From: Limibacter armeniacum | Lineage (GTDB): Bacteria; Bacteroidota; Bacteroidia; Cytophagales; Flammeovirgaceae | Length of the DNA: 64,000 nt | Assembly: GCF_036880985.1 (NCBI RefSeq) | Contig: NZ_JBAJNO010000008.1 | Coordinates: 1,859,500-1,923,499, forward strand | Direction of reading: 5' to 3' | Shown: in pieces, positions 45,956-56,600 of the stretch | Numbering within the stretch: position 1 is the stretch's first letter | Layout: the number at the start of each line of letters is the position of its first letter | Position numbers and translations under genes: made by a program | Notes under the pieces: generated by a model | Told to the model about the DNA's origin: nothing | Database searches by the model: none | The model's input: only the letters and a program-made list of their open reading frames with translations

Positions 45956-46148
45956 CGAGAAAGTGTAGTCAAATTTAAAAAATAATTATCACGCAAATAA
46001 ATGGATTTATTGATAGTTGAACAATGAATTAAAAATAAACCTGAAGTTGAATTCTTAGAATAGTACAGTTGAATAGGTTTTTGAACTGAAAGAAATCATC
46101 ATGTTAAGTGTAGAGTGTGTGAGATGAATTTTAAATACATATGAAATA

Positions 46149-46174
46149 CCTCTATTCTACATGTAGAATAGAGG
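46149..46174. promoter_or_regulatory. Perfect 26-bp palindrome in the divergent promoter region; candidate operator for a dimeric regulator
   Basis: CCTCTATTCTACATGTAGAATAGAGG is identical to its reverse complement. It lies between the SusC-like gene (minus) and the DUF3857/transglutaminase gene (plus). Confidence 0.4.
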
Positions 46175-46339
46175 GTGGTGTTGTAATGAATTGGTATTCA
46201 GTTATTTTAAATGTTTGCACTTTGATTAAGTTTATTTCTCTTAAAGTTATTGTATTACAAAATGTGAAAGAATCTTAATTTTTTCATAAAAAAGTGATAT
46301 AATGCGAGTTGTTAAGAATTTGTTCAAACTTATTTTTTT

Positions 46340-48274
46340 ATGAAACTGAAATTTTTACTGCTATCGATACCTATTTTATTACTATTTCAATTAACCTATG
46401 CAAAAGACCCTAAATATCCTTTAAGGTCAATTCCGGATTCATTACAAAAAGGTGCAGATGCAGTGATTCGGGAGCTTCAAATGGAAGTGGAACTTACTGA
46501 AAAAGGGAAGTATATTTTAAGGGAGAAAAAGGTTATTACCATCTTCAATTCTAAGATGGCTGACATGGCAGCTGATGCCTTTTACTATGATGATGATATT
46601 AAAATTCTCTCACTGGAAGCGGCAACCTATGATGCTTCCGGCAAAGAGGTAAAACGTCTTAAAAAAAGGGATATCAGGGATATCGCATATTTTGATTCAT
46701 ATACTTTGTTTCAGGATAGCCGATTACAAGTAGCCGATCTGAGTTGGGGGTATTACCCTTATACGGTTGAGTTTATTTGTGAGTCAGAAGTAGATGGCTA
46801 TTTAACTTTTCCTAGATGGGTTGGTGCCTCATCAGAGGAAAAAGTGTCAACACAAAAAGCTTCCTACCATGTGACTGTACCTACTGGAACTGAGTTGAAA
46901 TACAAATCATCGGCCGTAACACCAGAGGTAGAGATCTCAGAGAAAGGATTAACTACAGAGTACAAGTGGGAAGTCAATGGCTGGAAAGCAATCAAGAAAT
47001 TTGAGGATTATGTTTCTGTAACGGAGCAAATTCCATTTGTAACTGTTGTGCCAACAGAGTTTATATATGGTGGTTATGAAGGAAAGACAGATAGTTGGAG
47101 CGCTATTGGGGAATGGTCTTACAACCTGAATAAAGGGACAGATGTCTTGCCGGAAGAAGCAATTGCTGAAATCAAAAAGTTGACAGAAGGCATTGAAAAC
47201 CCTAGACAAGTAGCTAAAAAGGTTTACGAGTATGTTCAGGGACGTACAAGATATGTCAGTGTTCAGTTAGGTATTGGGGGGCATAAACCCATCGATGCTA
47301 ACAAGGTACATACTACGGGATATGGTGACTGTAAGGCATTGAGTAATTACACATATTCATTGTTAAAGGAAGTGGGAATAAAATCACATTATGCCATAAT
47401 CAGGGGAGGACGAAATGAACCATCAATTGACCCTGATTTCCCTGCTGATATGTTTAACCATGTTATTCTGTGTGTGCCATTTGAACAGGATACTGTTTGG
47501 TTGGAGTGTACTAGCCAGACCAATCCTTTTGGTTATATAGGCAATTTCACTGATGACAGACATGCTTTGCTTGTAACGGATGAAGGTGGGAAATTGGTTA
47601 AAACACGTGCTTATGCAGCAGAGGAAAACAAGCAAACATATGTTGCAGATTTTCATGTAAATGCAGATGGAAAAGGAGAGGCTGTTTTACATTACAAATC
47701 AGCTGGGGAGCAATATGATAAGTTTGAAGCACTTCAACGTCAAAAAGAAAAGGAACAAAAAGAGTTCTTCCAATCGTATCTGGATTTGCCAAGTATGCTG
47801 ATTACAGATATGAAGTATAATGATCAGCCATCAGAGTTACCTGTGATTGAAGGTGAAGTAAGGTTTACTTCAAATAACCTAGCAAAGAAAAGTACAAATA
47901 GACTGTTTATTACACCTAATCAGTTAAACAGAAGCTCAGGGAAATATAGAAATGTCAAACGTCGAAAATTTGACTTTGAAATAGGTACTTCCTTTGTCGA
48001 TTATGACTCTGTTACATGGAATTTGCCTGAGGGTTATGAGTTGGAAGAGCCACATGTAGATATTGAGTATAAATGTGAAATGGGAAGCTATAAAGCTTCA
48101 TTTAAGGTTGAAAAAAATCAACTGACTTACACTCGAACGTTTCAAATAAACAAGGGACGTTACAGTGCAGAACTTTTTAATAATTACATGACATTTAGAA
48201 GAACAGTTATAGGGTTTGATAAAAGTGAATTAGTTTTTGTCAAGCGTGAGGGCCAATCGACTGAAGATTTATAA
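46340..48274 (+). CDS. DUF3857 domain plus transglutaminase-like cysteine-protease-fold domain protein
   Basis: Signal peptide, N-terminal DUF3857-like region, transglutaminase core (GYGDCKALSNYTYSLLKEVGIKSHYAIIRGG) with downstream His/Asp. Confidence 0.7.
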   Translation: MKLKFLLLSIPILLLFQLTYAKDPKYPLRSIPDSLQKGADAVIRELQMEVELTEKGKYILREKKVITIFNSKMADMAADAFYYDDDIKILSLEAATYDASGKEVKRLKKRDIRDIAYFDSYTLFQDSRLQVADLSWGYYPYTVEFICESEVDGYLTFPRWVGASSEEKVSTQKASYHVTVPTGTELKYKSSAVTPEVEISEKGLTTEYKWEVNGWKAIKKFEDYVSVTEQIPFVTVVPTEFIYGGYEGKTDSWSAIGEWSYNLNKGTDVLPEEAIAEIKKLTEGIENPRQVAKKVYEYVQGRTRYVSVQLGIGGHKPIDANKVHTTGYGDCKALSNYTYSLLKEVGIKSHYAIIRGGRNEPSIDPDFPADMFNHVILCVPFEQDTVWLECTSQTNPFGYIGNFTDDRHALLVTDEGGKLVKTRAYAAEENKQTYVADFHVNADGKGEAVLHYKSAGEQYDKFEALQRQKEKEQKEFFQSYLDLPSMLITDMKYNDQPSELPVIEGEVRFTSNNLAKKSTNRLFITPNQLNRSSGKYRNVKRRKFDFEIGTSFVDYDSVTWNLPEGYELEEPHVDIEYKCEMGSYKASFKVEKNQLTYTRTFQINKGRYSAELFNNYMTFRRTVIGFDKSELVFVKREGQSTEDL

Positions 48275-48303
48275 TCAAAACCTAGATTTATAATTTATCA
48301 ATA

Positions 48304-50220
48304 ATGAAAAAATTACTAACAGCATTACTCCTGCTGATGACTATCGTGCCTGTAATGGCAAAAAACAAGGTGAAATGGGGGAAGGTTTCTCAAGAAGAGT
48401 GGCAAATGACCCAATGTGAATACGAGCCTGAGGCTAAGGCTGTCGTTCTTTCAAAAATTGGAAAAATGTCTCTAAGAGGAGGGAAGGTATATTATGACAT
48501 TCACGTAAGGACTAAAATCCTATCAGATGATGCGACTGATTTAGGAAATGTCAACATCCCTTTCTACAGTGGTAACAATACTGAAAAAGTATCAAGCGTA
48601 AAGGCTCATACTTTAATCATGGAAAATGGTAAGGAGCAGGAGTTTGAGGTGGATGACCGTGATATGTATAAAAATGAAGTGTCAAAAAACCGTTCAGAAG
48701 TCCGTTTTGCATTTACCAATGTAAAGAAAGGAGCAATTCTGGAGTATAAGTACACCCTTTCTTCTGAGAGTCTTTTTATCTTGGATGATTGGAGGTTTCA
48801 GAATGATATCCCCACATTGTTTAGCAGTATTGATGTCCTGATCCCAACAGATGTATTCAAGTATAAAATTCTTTACCAAGGATATCGTTTGGCATTGAAG
48901 TACATGAATGACCAACAGAGTGTTCATTGGGAGCTTGAGAACCTACCTTCTATTAAGGATATACCATCCCTTTATTGTATGGAAGATTATGTAGAGAAAC
49001 TGAAATTTCAGCTTTTAGGATACTACCAGAGAGATGCTATGGGAGCTGTGATTTATAAAGAACTTCTGAGTACATGGGATGCCACCGCGGCAGAGTTTCG
49101 TACTGACAGCGATATTGAACGCTATATGGGAAGAAAGGGTATCTATAAAGACATCATTGCTCAAGTAATTAAAGATGGTGACTCTGACTTGATCAAGGCT
49201 GTAAAACTGCACGAGTGGGTAGTCAGAAATTTGAAATGGAATAAGTATTGGGGAATTGTTCCTTCTAAAAGCCCTGCAGAACTATATGAGTCAGGACTTG
49301 GTAACTCGGCAGAGTTGAATGCTTTCCTTACAGGATTATTCAAAACGGCAGAGTTGAAAGCCGAACCTGCTCTTTCCAGTACACGTTCCAATGGCGTAAT
49401 TGCAACCGCAACCCCAATGTTGACAGAGTTCAATACCTTAGGGTGTCTGATCAATATAGAGGGGAAAAGCATGTTGGTAGATGCCACGGATAGAATGCTT
49501 CCAATTACATTGCTTCCTGCACAGCTTTTGAATACGCAGGTATTTGCTTACGATCGTGAACGCATTTCGTGGCTATTTAGTGAAACCAGTGAGAAAACAG
49601 GTGTGATGACGAATGTGATCATCGACTTGACAGGAGAAAAGCCTTCTGGGGAGATGCATATGAGATTTACTGGTTATGAAGCCAAAGATATGCGTGAAAA
49701 GCTTTTGAGTGAAGATGAGGAGATGGAATCGTTTGTTTTGGCGCCTGAATATATGCAAGTGGCTGAAGAAGAGTGGAAAAATCAGGAAAATGTATATGAG
49801 CCACTTGAGTATACTGTAAAGATGGAGGGTGTTAAGTCCCTTACAGAAAATACAGACCGTATCTATATGCCTTCTTTGTTTAAGGCATTGCTTCAGGAAA
49901 ACCCTTTCAAGGATGAGGAGAGATTGTTCCCTGTTCAGTTTAGAAGTGAATACCAGGAACGTTATATGATGCAAGTGAAATTGCCAGAAGGTTATAGAGT
50001 TGAGGAGTTACCAGAAGGTAAAAAAGTAAACTTGCCTGGAAATGCTGGAAGTTTTGTATCTCAAATGCAACAAATGGGGCAAGTACTAATGGTGCGCTTT
50101 ACTTTTAAGCTTAATAAGACATTTTTGCCAGCAGATCATTATTTGGCGATGAAGCACTTTTTTGATTTGATGATGGAGCACGGAGATCAAAAAATTGTAT
50201 TGGTCAAAAATGAAGGTTAA
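48304..50220 (+). CDS. DUF3857/DUF3858-like protein, the usual partner of the transglutaminase-like gene
   Basis: Signal peptide, similar N-terminal organisation to the upstream gene, only 30 nt downstream. Confidence 0.55.
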   Translation: MKKLLTALLLLMTIVPVMAKNKVKWGKVSQEEWQMTQCEYEPEAKAVVLSKIGKMSLRGGKVYYDIHVRTKILSDDATDLGNVNIPFYSGNNTEKVSSVKAHTLIMENGKEQEFEVDDRDMYKNEVSKNRSEVRFAFTNVKKGAILEYKYTLSSESLFILDDWRFQNDIPTLFSSIDVLIPTDVFKYKILYQGYRLALKYMNDQQSVHWELENLPSIKDIPSLYCMEDYVEKLKFQLLGYYQRDAMGAVIYKELLSTWDATAAEFRTDSDIERYMGRKGIYKDIIAQVIKDGDSDLIKAVKLHEWVVRNLKWNKYWGIVPSKSPAELYESGLGNSAELNAFLTGLFKTAELKAEPALSSTRSNGVIATATPMLTEFNTLGCLINIEGKSMLVDATDRMLPITLLPAQLLNTQVFAYDRERISWLFSETSEKTGVMTNVIIDLTGEKPSGEMHMRFTGYEAKDMREKLLSEDEEMESFVLAPEYMQVAEEEWKNQENVYEPLEYTVKMEGVKSLTENTDRIYMPSLFKALLQENPFKDEERLFPVQFRSEYQERYMMQVKLPEGYRVEELPEGKKVNLPGNAGSFVSQMQQMGQVLMVRFTFKLNKTFLPADHYLAMKHFFDLMMEHGDQKIVLVKNEG

Positions 50221-50331
50221 GCTGTAAGCTATTCATTTTGAAATGCATAAAGTTTTTCTCAAATTCAAATGTCAATTCCTCGAAAGATGTTTTGATGTGA
50301 AATAAAAAGTGAGAACTGTATTTACATTTTT

Positions 50332-50370
50332 AGCCTCATAAGATAATAGGGTCTTATGGGGCTTTTTTTG
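50332..50370 (+). terminator. Terminator after the DUF3857 pair
   Basis: AGCCTCATAAGA-taataggg-TCTTATGGGGCT followed by TTTTTTTG. Confidence 0.6.
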
Positions 50371-50688
50371 TGCCTATCCATGATTACTACATAGTATAAC
50401 ACTGTATAGTTTAAAATAATATTAGAATAGTTATATGTTATAACATTATTTGTAAATATTTTTTAATTAAAATATTATAATTACTTACTTTAAGGCATGC
50501 ACGTTGAAAATAGTGCATAAAGAGGGTTTCAAGGGAGGTTATGAAAGTTTTTTTGTGATCTAACAATTAAAATTTTTTCTACTTAACCCAAGTTGTTGCA
50601 TCGACAAAGCATTACTTAACACCTTGAAAACTTCAAAAACTACAAATGATGATTTAGCTAAAAACTTTACTAAAACAGCTTACAGGCT

Positions 50689-53600
50689 ATGTACAGGATG
50701 AGACCTGCGACTATCTTTTTTGTATTGCTACACTTATTCACGTTGCTTTCCCAAGCAAATGCTGCATTTGTGTCTGGTTTTGACAAAATGCCACACACTG
50801 TTGTGCCATTTATGGAAGTGGCTGAACCAGCGACTGTTGCTTCATTTGCCTGTGAACCTTGGTCTATTTCAAAAAATGCAGGCGTGTTTCAGGAAGAGGT
50901 ATGTGACCTTTCTGTTCCATATGTTTGGGACTATGAAGGTACACTGGCTTTTGACCTGATAGGAGATGATGAGGTTGACAAGCTTTACTGTGATAGAAGT
51001 GTTTATACATTTACCCAAAGCCCTGCGGAAGGTTATGAGGTTACAGTTGGGGAGACATTGGAAGGTGGTACAGTCGACCGTGTTAATGCCAGTCTTATTA
51101 GGGTGCCTGTCGTGATCAAGATAATGGAGGGGAGCGTAGAGGTAGATTCAGAAACAATCATGTATTATGCTTACTCTCCAGCCACCAATCTACCCACTAT
51201 GTCAGGAGTGCCTTCTGATCAAACCCAGTATGTATATAACTTAGGCTGTTTTTACCTGATGTTGTCTGATTATACATCCGGAATTACGGCAACAGATGCT
51301 TGTGGAAATATTTTGGATGTTTCTCAGTCTATTCCGCCATTGACCTCATTAGGAAAAGGAGATCATGAGATAGAATTTACGGCAACCGATAAGTTAGGTA
51401 GAACAATAACAAATTCGTTTACATTATCAATTCTAGACAATACTAAGCCTGTAATAGGAACATTTGCAGACAAGTCTTATACACTTATTTCATCAACCTG
51501 TAACTATGCATTTCCTGACTTGGACAGTGAGGTACGGAGTATTTCATATGATAACTGTACTGGTGATGCTGACTTGGGTATTACATATAAACTCGACGGT
51601 TCTGTAGTAGTAGCAGGTGATAGTATTGAGGCTGGTTCATATACATTGGAGGTAACAGTAACAGATGAGAGTGGTAATTTTAGAACAAAGACCTGCAATT
51701 TTGAAATCTTGGATGTGACAGCTCCTGTTATAACCTCTGCACCAGTATCCTATACAGGTTATACTGCATCAGGGACTTGTAACTACGCTTTACCTGATAT
51801 GAGAGGAAGTATAGTTGTGGATGAAAGCTGTTCATATACCATTACTCAATCTCCTGCAGGAGGAACATCTCTCACTGTGGGTACTCACACAATCCAGTTT
51901 ACGGTTACAGATGATTCAGGAAATTCCGATCTGGAAGCAATTACGGTTACAGTTGTCGACAATGAATATCCGATTATAGATACATCCGACATAACAGTAA
52001 ACAGGTCAGGGAACTGTACCTATCTGGTGCCTGATCTGGAGCCTTTGGTTGGACATTCTGACAATTGTGGCATATCCAGTTTTACACAGGACTTGACCAT
52101 TGGAGATGCAATCACTTCAAATACGGCTGTCGTAGTCAAGGTGAAGGATTTGAGTGGCAATGAAACAGTTGAGACAATAAACCTGATCCTTGGGGATGAT
52201 GTAACAGCTCCAGTAATCAGTTTTACAAATACTGAGATAACAGTCAGTGCAGGTGATAGCTGTTTAGGAACTATTCCAGACTTGGTTAAAGGGTTGGACT
52301 TTACTGTTACAGATAACTGTACTGCAGAGGCTGCTATACTGATAGAGCATGACTTGCAGGAAGGGCAGGAAGTGACTGCTGGAAATTACACCTTAACCAT
52401 CAAGGCTACTGATGAAAAAGGGAATGTTGGTTCGAGTGATATTCTGGTTAAGGTAGTAGAGGACAAGGACCCGACAATTGGTTATACAGGGGGGACTTAT
52501 ACAATAAATACGGAGCCAGGTGAGTGTAAAGGGGTAGTTCCTGATTATACAAAATTGACAGGCTTCACTTTTGATGATAACTGTAGTTTACCAGCAGACC
52601 CTATTTCATATTCTATTGATCCAGATTCAAAACTAGATATAGGCTCGTATAGCCAAACCATAACTGTTACGGATGCTTCAGGCAATACGAGCTCAGTAGT
52701 AGTGCCTTTAGTCGTTAGGGACAATGAAAAACCTTTTAGTGTTACCCTGCCTGATACATTAAGGCTAACGCTTGATGCAAGTGCTTGTATAGCTACTGTT
52801 CCTGATTTTTTAAGTATAGCTCCTTACAGTACCGAAATCGAATTTGGAGATAACTGTTCGTCCTCATTGACGATTGTTCCTTCTATTTCTGTAGGAAGTA
52901 CCTTGGGTGTAGGAGTGACTACAGTGATCTATACGGTTACAGATGAAGCTTCAAACGTTGAGACTTTTGATTTACCATTGAAAGTGACAGATGACCAATC
53001 TCCTACAGCAACTTTCCCTTCAGATATGACCATAGCCGCAGAAGTTGGGGAATGCTTTGCCTATGCGCCTGATCTAGTGAGTTTGATTACGGACGAGGCA
53101 GACAATTGTGGAACGCCTACTGTAACGCAGGATAAGTTGGCAGGAACAGATCAAATACCTGTTGGATCAACAATGCCAATACAGGTAACCGTAACAGATA
53201 ACAATGGCAATAGTATCTCCCATACAGTCAATGTAACTGCTGAGGATAAAGAGAAACCAACTATAAGTTACAAAGTTGGCATTCAGCCCATAGAATGGAA
53301 TGCATTGGCAGGGGTTTGCAATGCCAAAGTGGTAGATGTAAAGCAATACCTGAATATATCTGATAACTGTACAGCCGTCTCTGACTTGACATTCAGCCAA
53401 TCACCTGTAGCAGATAATATCAATACCTTGAATGTTGGTGTTCATTCAATTACAGCCACTGTAACCGATGAAGCTGGTAATGTAGAGACTTTTAGTGTGG
53501 AGGTAGAGGTACTGGACTCGGAAGCGCCTACAATTACCAAATGCGTATCACCTATTGTTTATGAAATCACGGATGATTCTCCAAAGTATCCGATAGAAGA

Positions 53601-56600
53601 CCTTACAAGTTTAGTGGAGGCTTGGGATAACTGTACTGCTTTGACTGTCTCACAGTCTGTGGCAGCAGGCGATTCATTAGATATAGGAACACATGCCATC
53701 ACCTTTACAGTAACGGACGACGCAGGAAATAATACAACCTGTACAACACAAGTGACCGTGGTGGATTTATATGCTCCTGAAATCAGGGACTGCTTGCCAT
53801 CGGGATTAAGCCTTTCCCAATTACCTGATCAGTGTGTGGGTGAAATGCCAGACTTGGAGAGTTATATTGATATCCATGAGAATGACCCTAAAGGCTATAC
53901 TTTTACACAAAGTCCGGTTAAGGGAACCTACCATTTGGTGGGAGATGTATCAGTAACCATTACAGTGGCAGACCCTTCAGGAAATACGGCAACTTGCAGT
54001 ACGACCGTCACATTTATTGACGATACAGCGCCTGTGATTTTACAGTGCCCTTCGAGTAGAACTGTAAGTAGTGATGCCAGCTGTAAAGGGATTGTACCAG
54101 ACTTTACTTCCTCATTGATTGCTACAGACAATTGCCCAGGTACATTGGAAGTGGAACAAAGTCTGAAAGCAGATTCCTTGGTAGATGTTGGCGTATATAC
54201 CATTACGCTTACAGTAAAAGATGCTTCTGGAAATACAGATTCATGCGATGTCCAGCTTACAGTAGAGGACCAGCAAGCGCCAGTATTGGTGGTTACAACT
54301 GATACAGTAGAAGTTAAAATAGGAAATGCATGCAGTGTCGCTGTTGTAGGTTTGCCAAATTTATCTGCTTATTACAGTGCAACAGATAATTGTACAGCGG
54401 TAAACGATATTATATATGAATTGCAATCAGCTTCAGGGTTGGACCTTGAGGTAGGGGTACAAGACTTGATTGTAAAGGCAACGGATGAAGAAGGGAATTT
54501 TACGGAAGAAACCCTGACTGTGATGGTGATGGATGAGGAAGCGCCAACGCTTGTTCAAAATGCATCGGTACTGGTTGAGACAGAAGCAGATGCTTGCGAA
54601 GGGATAGTGCCGGACCTGTCTGCCTATGTCACGGCGACGGATGCTTGTGGAACCACTGTAACACTCTCACAATCTGTAGCGGCGGGAAGCAATATCCCAT
54701 TAGGCAATTCTGTAGTCAGCGTGATGGCTACCGACATTTTTGGTAATAAAGACACACTTGATATTGATATAACGGTTTCAGACAATCAGCAACCGGTTAT
54801 TTCAAAATGCCCAAGTGATACGGTTTACGCTGTTACTACAAATGTTTGTTCAGTTCTTTTAGATGACCTGACAGGTATTTTGGAAGCTTCCGATAATTGT
54901 CCTGATGCGTTAACTGTCGTACAATCGCCGGTGGCGGGGACCGTATTAGGTTTTGGGACACATGAAATTACATTTACAGTAACAGATAAAAGCGGAAATA
55001 ATAGTATCTGTACAAGTACTGTAACGGTAGAAGATAAATTTGCGCCATCAGTTATCAGTTGTGCAGAAGGGGTAGAAGTGGATGCTGTTTCTGGTCAGTG
55101 TTTTGGTATTATGCCTAACCTGACAACCCTAGTGAGTTATGAGGAAAACTGCTCAGGAACTGCGTCTATTATCCAAACACCAGTGGCAGGTAGTTTCCAT
55201 GATGTGGGTATTGTGGAAGTGACGCTGACGCTGACTGACGAAGCAGGTAATACGGATTCGTGTAAGACAACCATTACCATCAATGATGTTACTGCTCCTG
55301 AAATTACAAGATGTCCAGAAGACCTTGCAGTTTCAGCAGAAGCGAGTCTATGTGAAGGAATTATTCCTGACTTCACTTCCGGATTGACCTATATGGAAAA
55401 CTGTACAGGAGCAACCGTTTCACAAGTACCAGTAGCGGGCGGAACACTTCCTGTAGGAACACATGATATCAAACTGTTGGTGACCGATGCGGCAGGATTA
55501 ATGGATTCTTGTCTTGTATCACTAACCATAGAAGATCAAGAAAAACCTTCATTGCTGGTAACGACAGGTACGGTAGACATTAAGATTGGCAATGAATGTA
55601 GCATCGCTATCGCAGACCTTCCAGATTTATCAACTCATTATAGTGCCACAGACAATTGTACAGCTACAGGTGAAATTACTTTTTCATATGCTTCTGCCAG
55701 CGGTTCAATCTTGAATGTAGGAATGCAAGACTTGGTAGTCAGGGCGACAGATAAAGCAGGCAACTTTGCTGAAGGGGTTCTGAAAGTAAAGATAATGGAT
55801 GAAGAGGCGCCAATACTTACACAGAATAAACCTGTACAGGTATTTACAGAAGAAGGAACTTGTGAAGGTGTATTGCCTGATCTTTCTGAATATGTTACGG
55901 CAACTGATGCTTGTACTACAATAATAACCATCACCCAATCAATGGCTGAAGGAAGTTTGATTCCTTTATCCACTACAACTGTGGAAGTGACAGCTACTGA
56001 TGCATTCGGAAACAGCAGTGCTATTTCTGTAGATGTAGAAGTCTCTGACAATGAAAAACCAAATGTCCTGACTTGTCCAAGTGATACAACCTATCAGATC
56101 ACTACAGTTGACTGTACGGTTCTGTTGGATGATTTGACGAGTAGGGTATTGGCAACAGACAATTGTGATACTTCATTAACTGTAGAGCAGTCACCAGCAG
56201 CAGGTACTGCTTTAGGGTTTGGAACGCATGAAATAACGTTCACCGTAACAGATGATAGTGGTAATGCAGTAATCTGTAAATCAGCTGTTTCAGTGGAAGA
56301 TAAGTTTGCCCCATCTGTCATCAGTTGTGCCGAAGGGGTAGAGGTTGATGCTGTTGCAGACCAATGTTTTGGGGTAATGCCTGATTTGACTGGGTTGGTA
56401 AGTTATGAGGAGAATTGCTCAGGAACGGTAAATGTGGTTCAGGTTCCAGTAGCAGGAAGTTTTCATAATGTAGGTACAGTATCCGTAACACTTACCTTGA
56501 CAGATGTTTCGGGTAACAGCAATACATGTGAAACCAGTATAGAGGTAAAAGATATAACGAGCCCTGTCATTACCTTATGTCCAAATACTAGAACAATAAC

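Noticed and set aside
50435-50446. 12-bp palindrome ATGTTATAACAT upstream of the adhesin gene
   Set aside because: It is short and entirely A/T in a very AT-rich 470-bp intergenic region, so it is likely to arise by chance.
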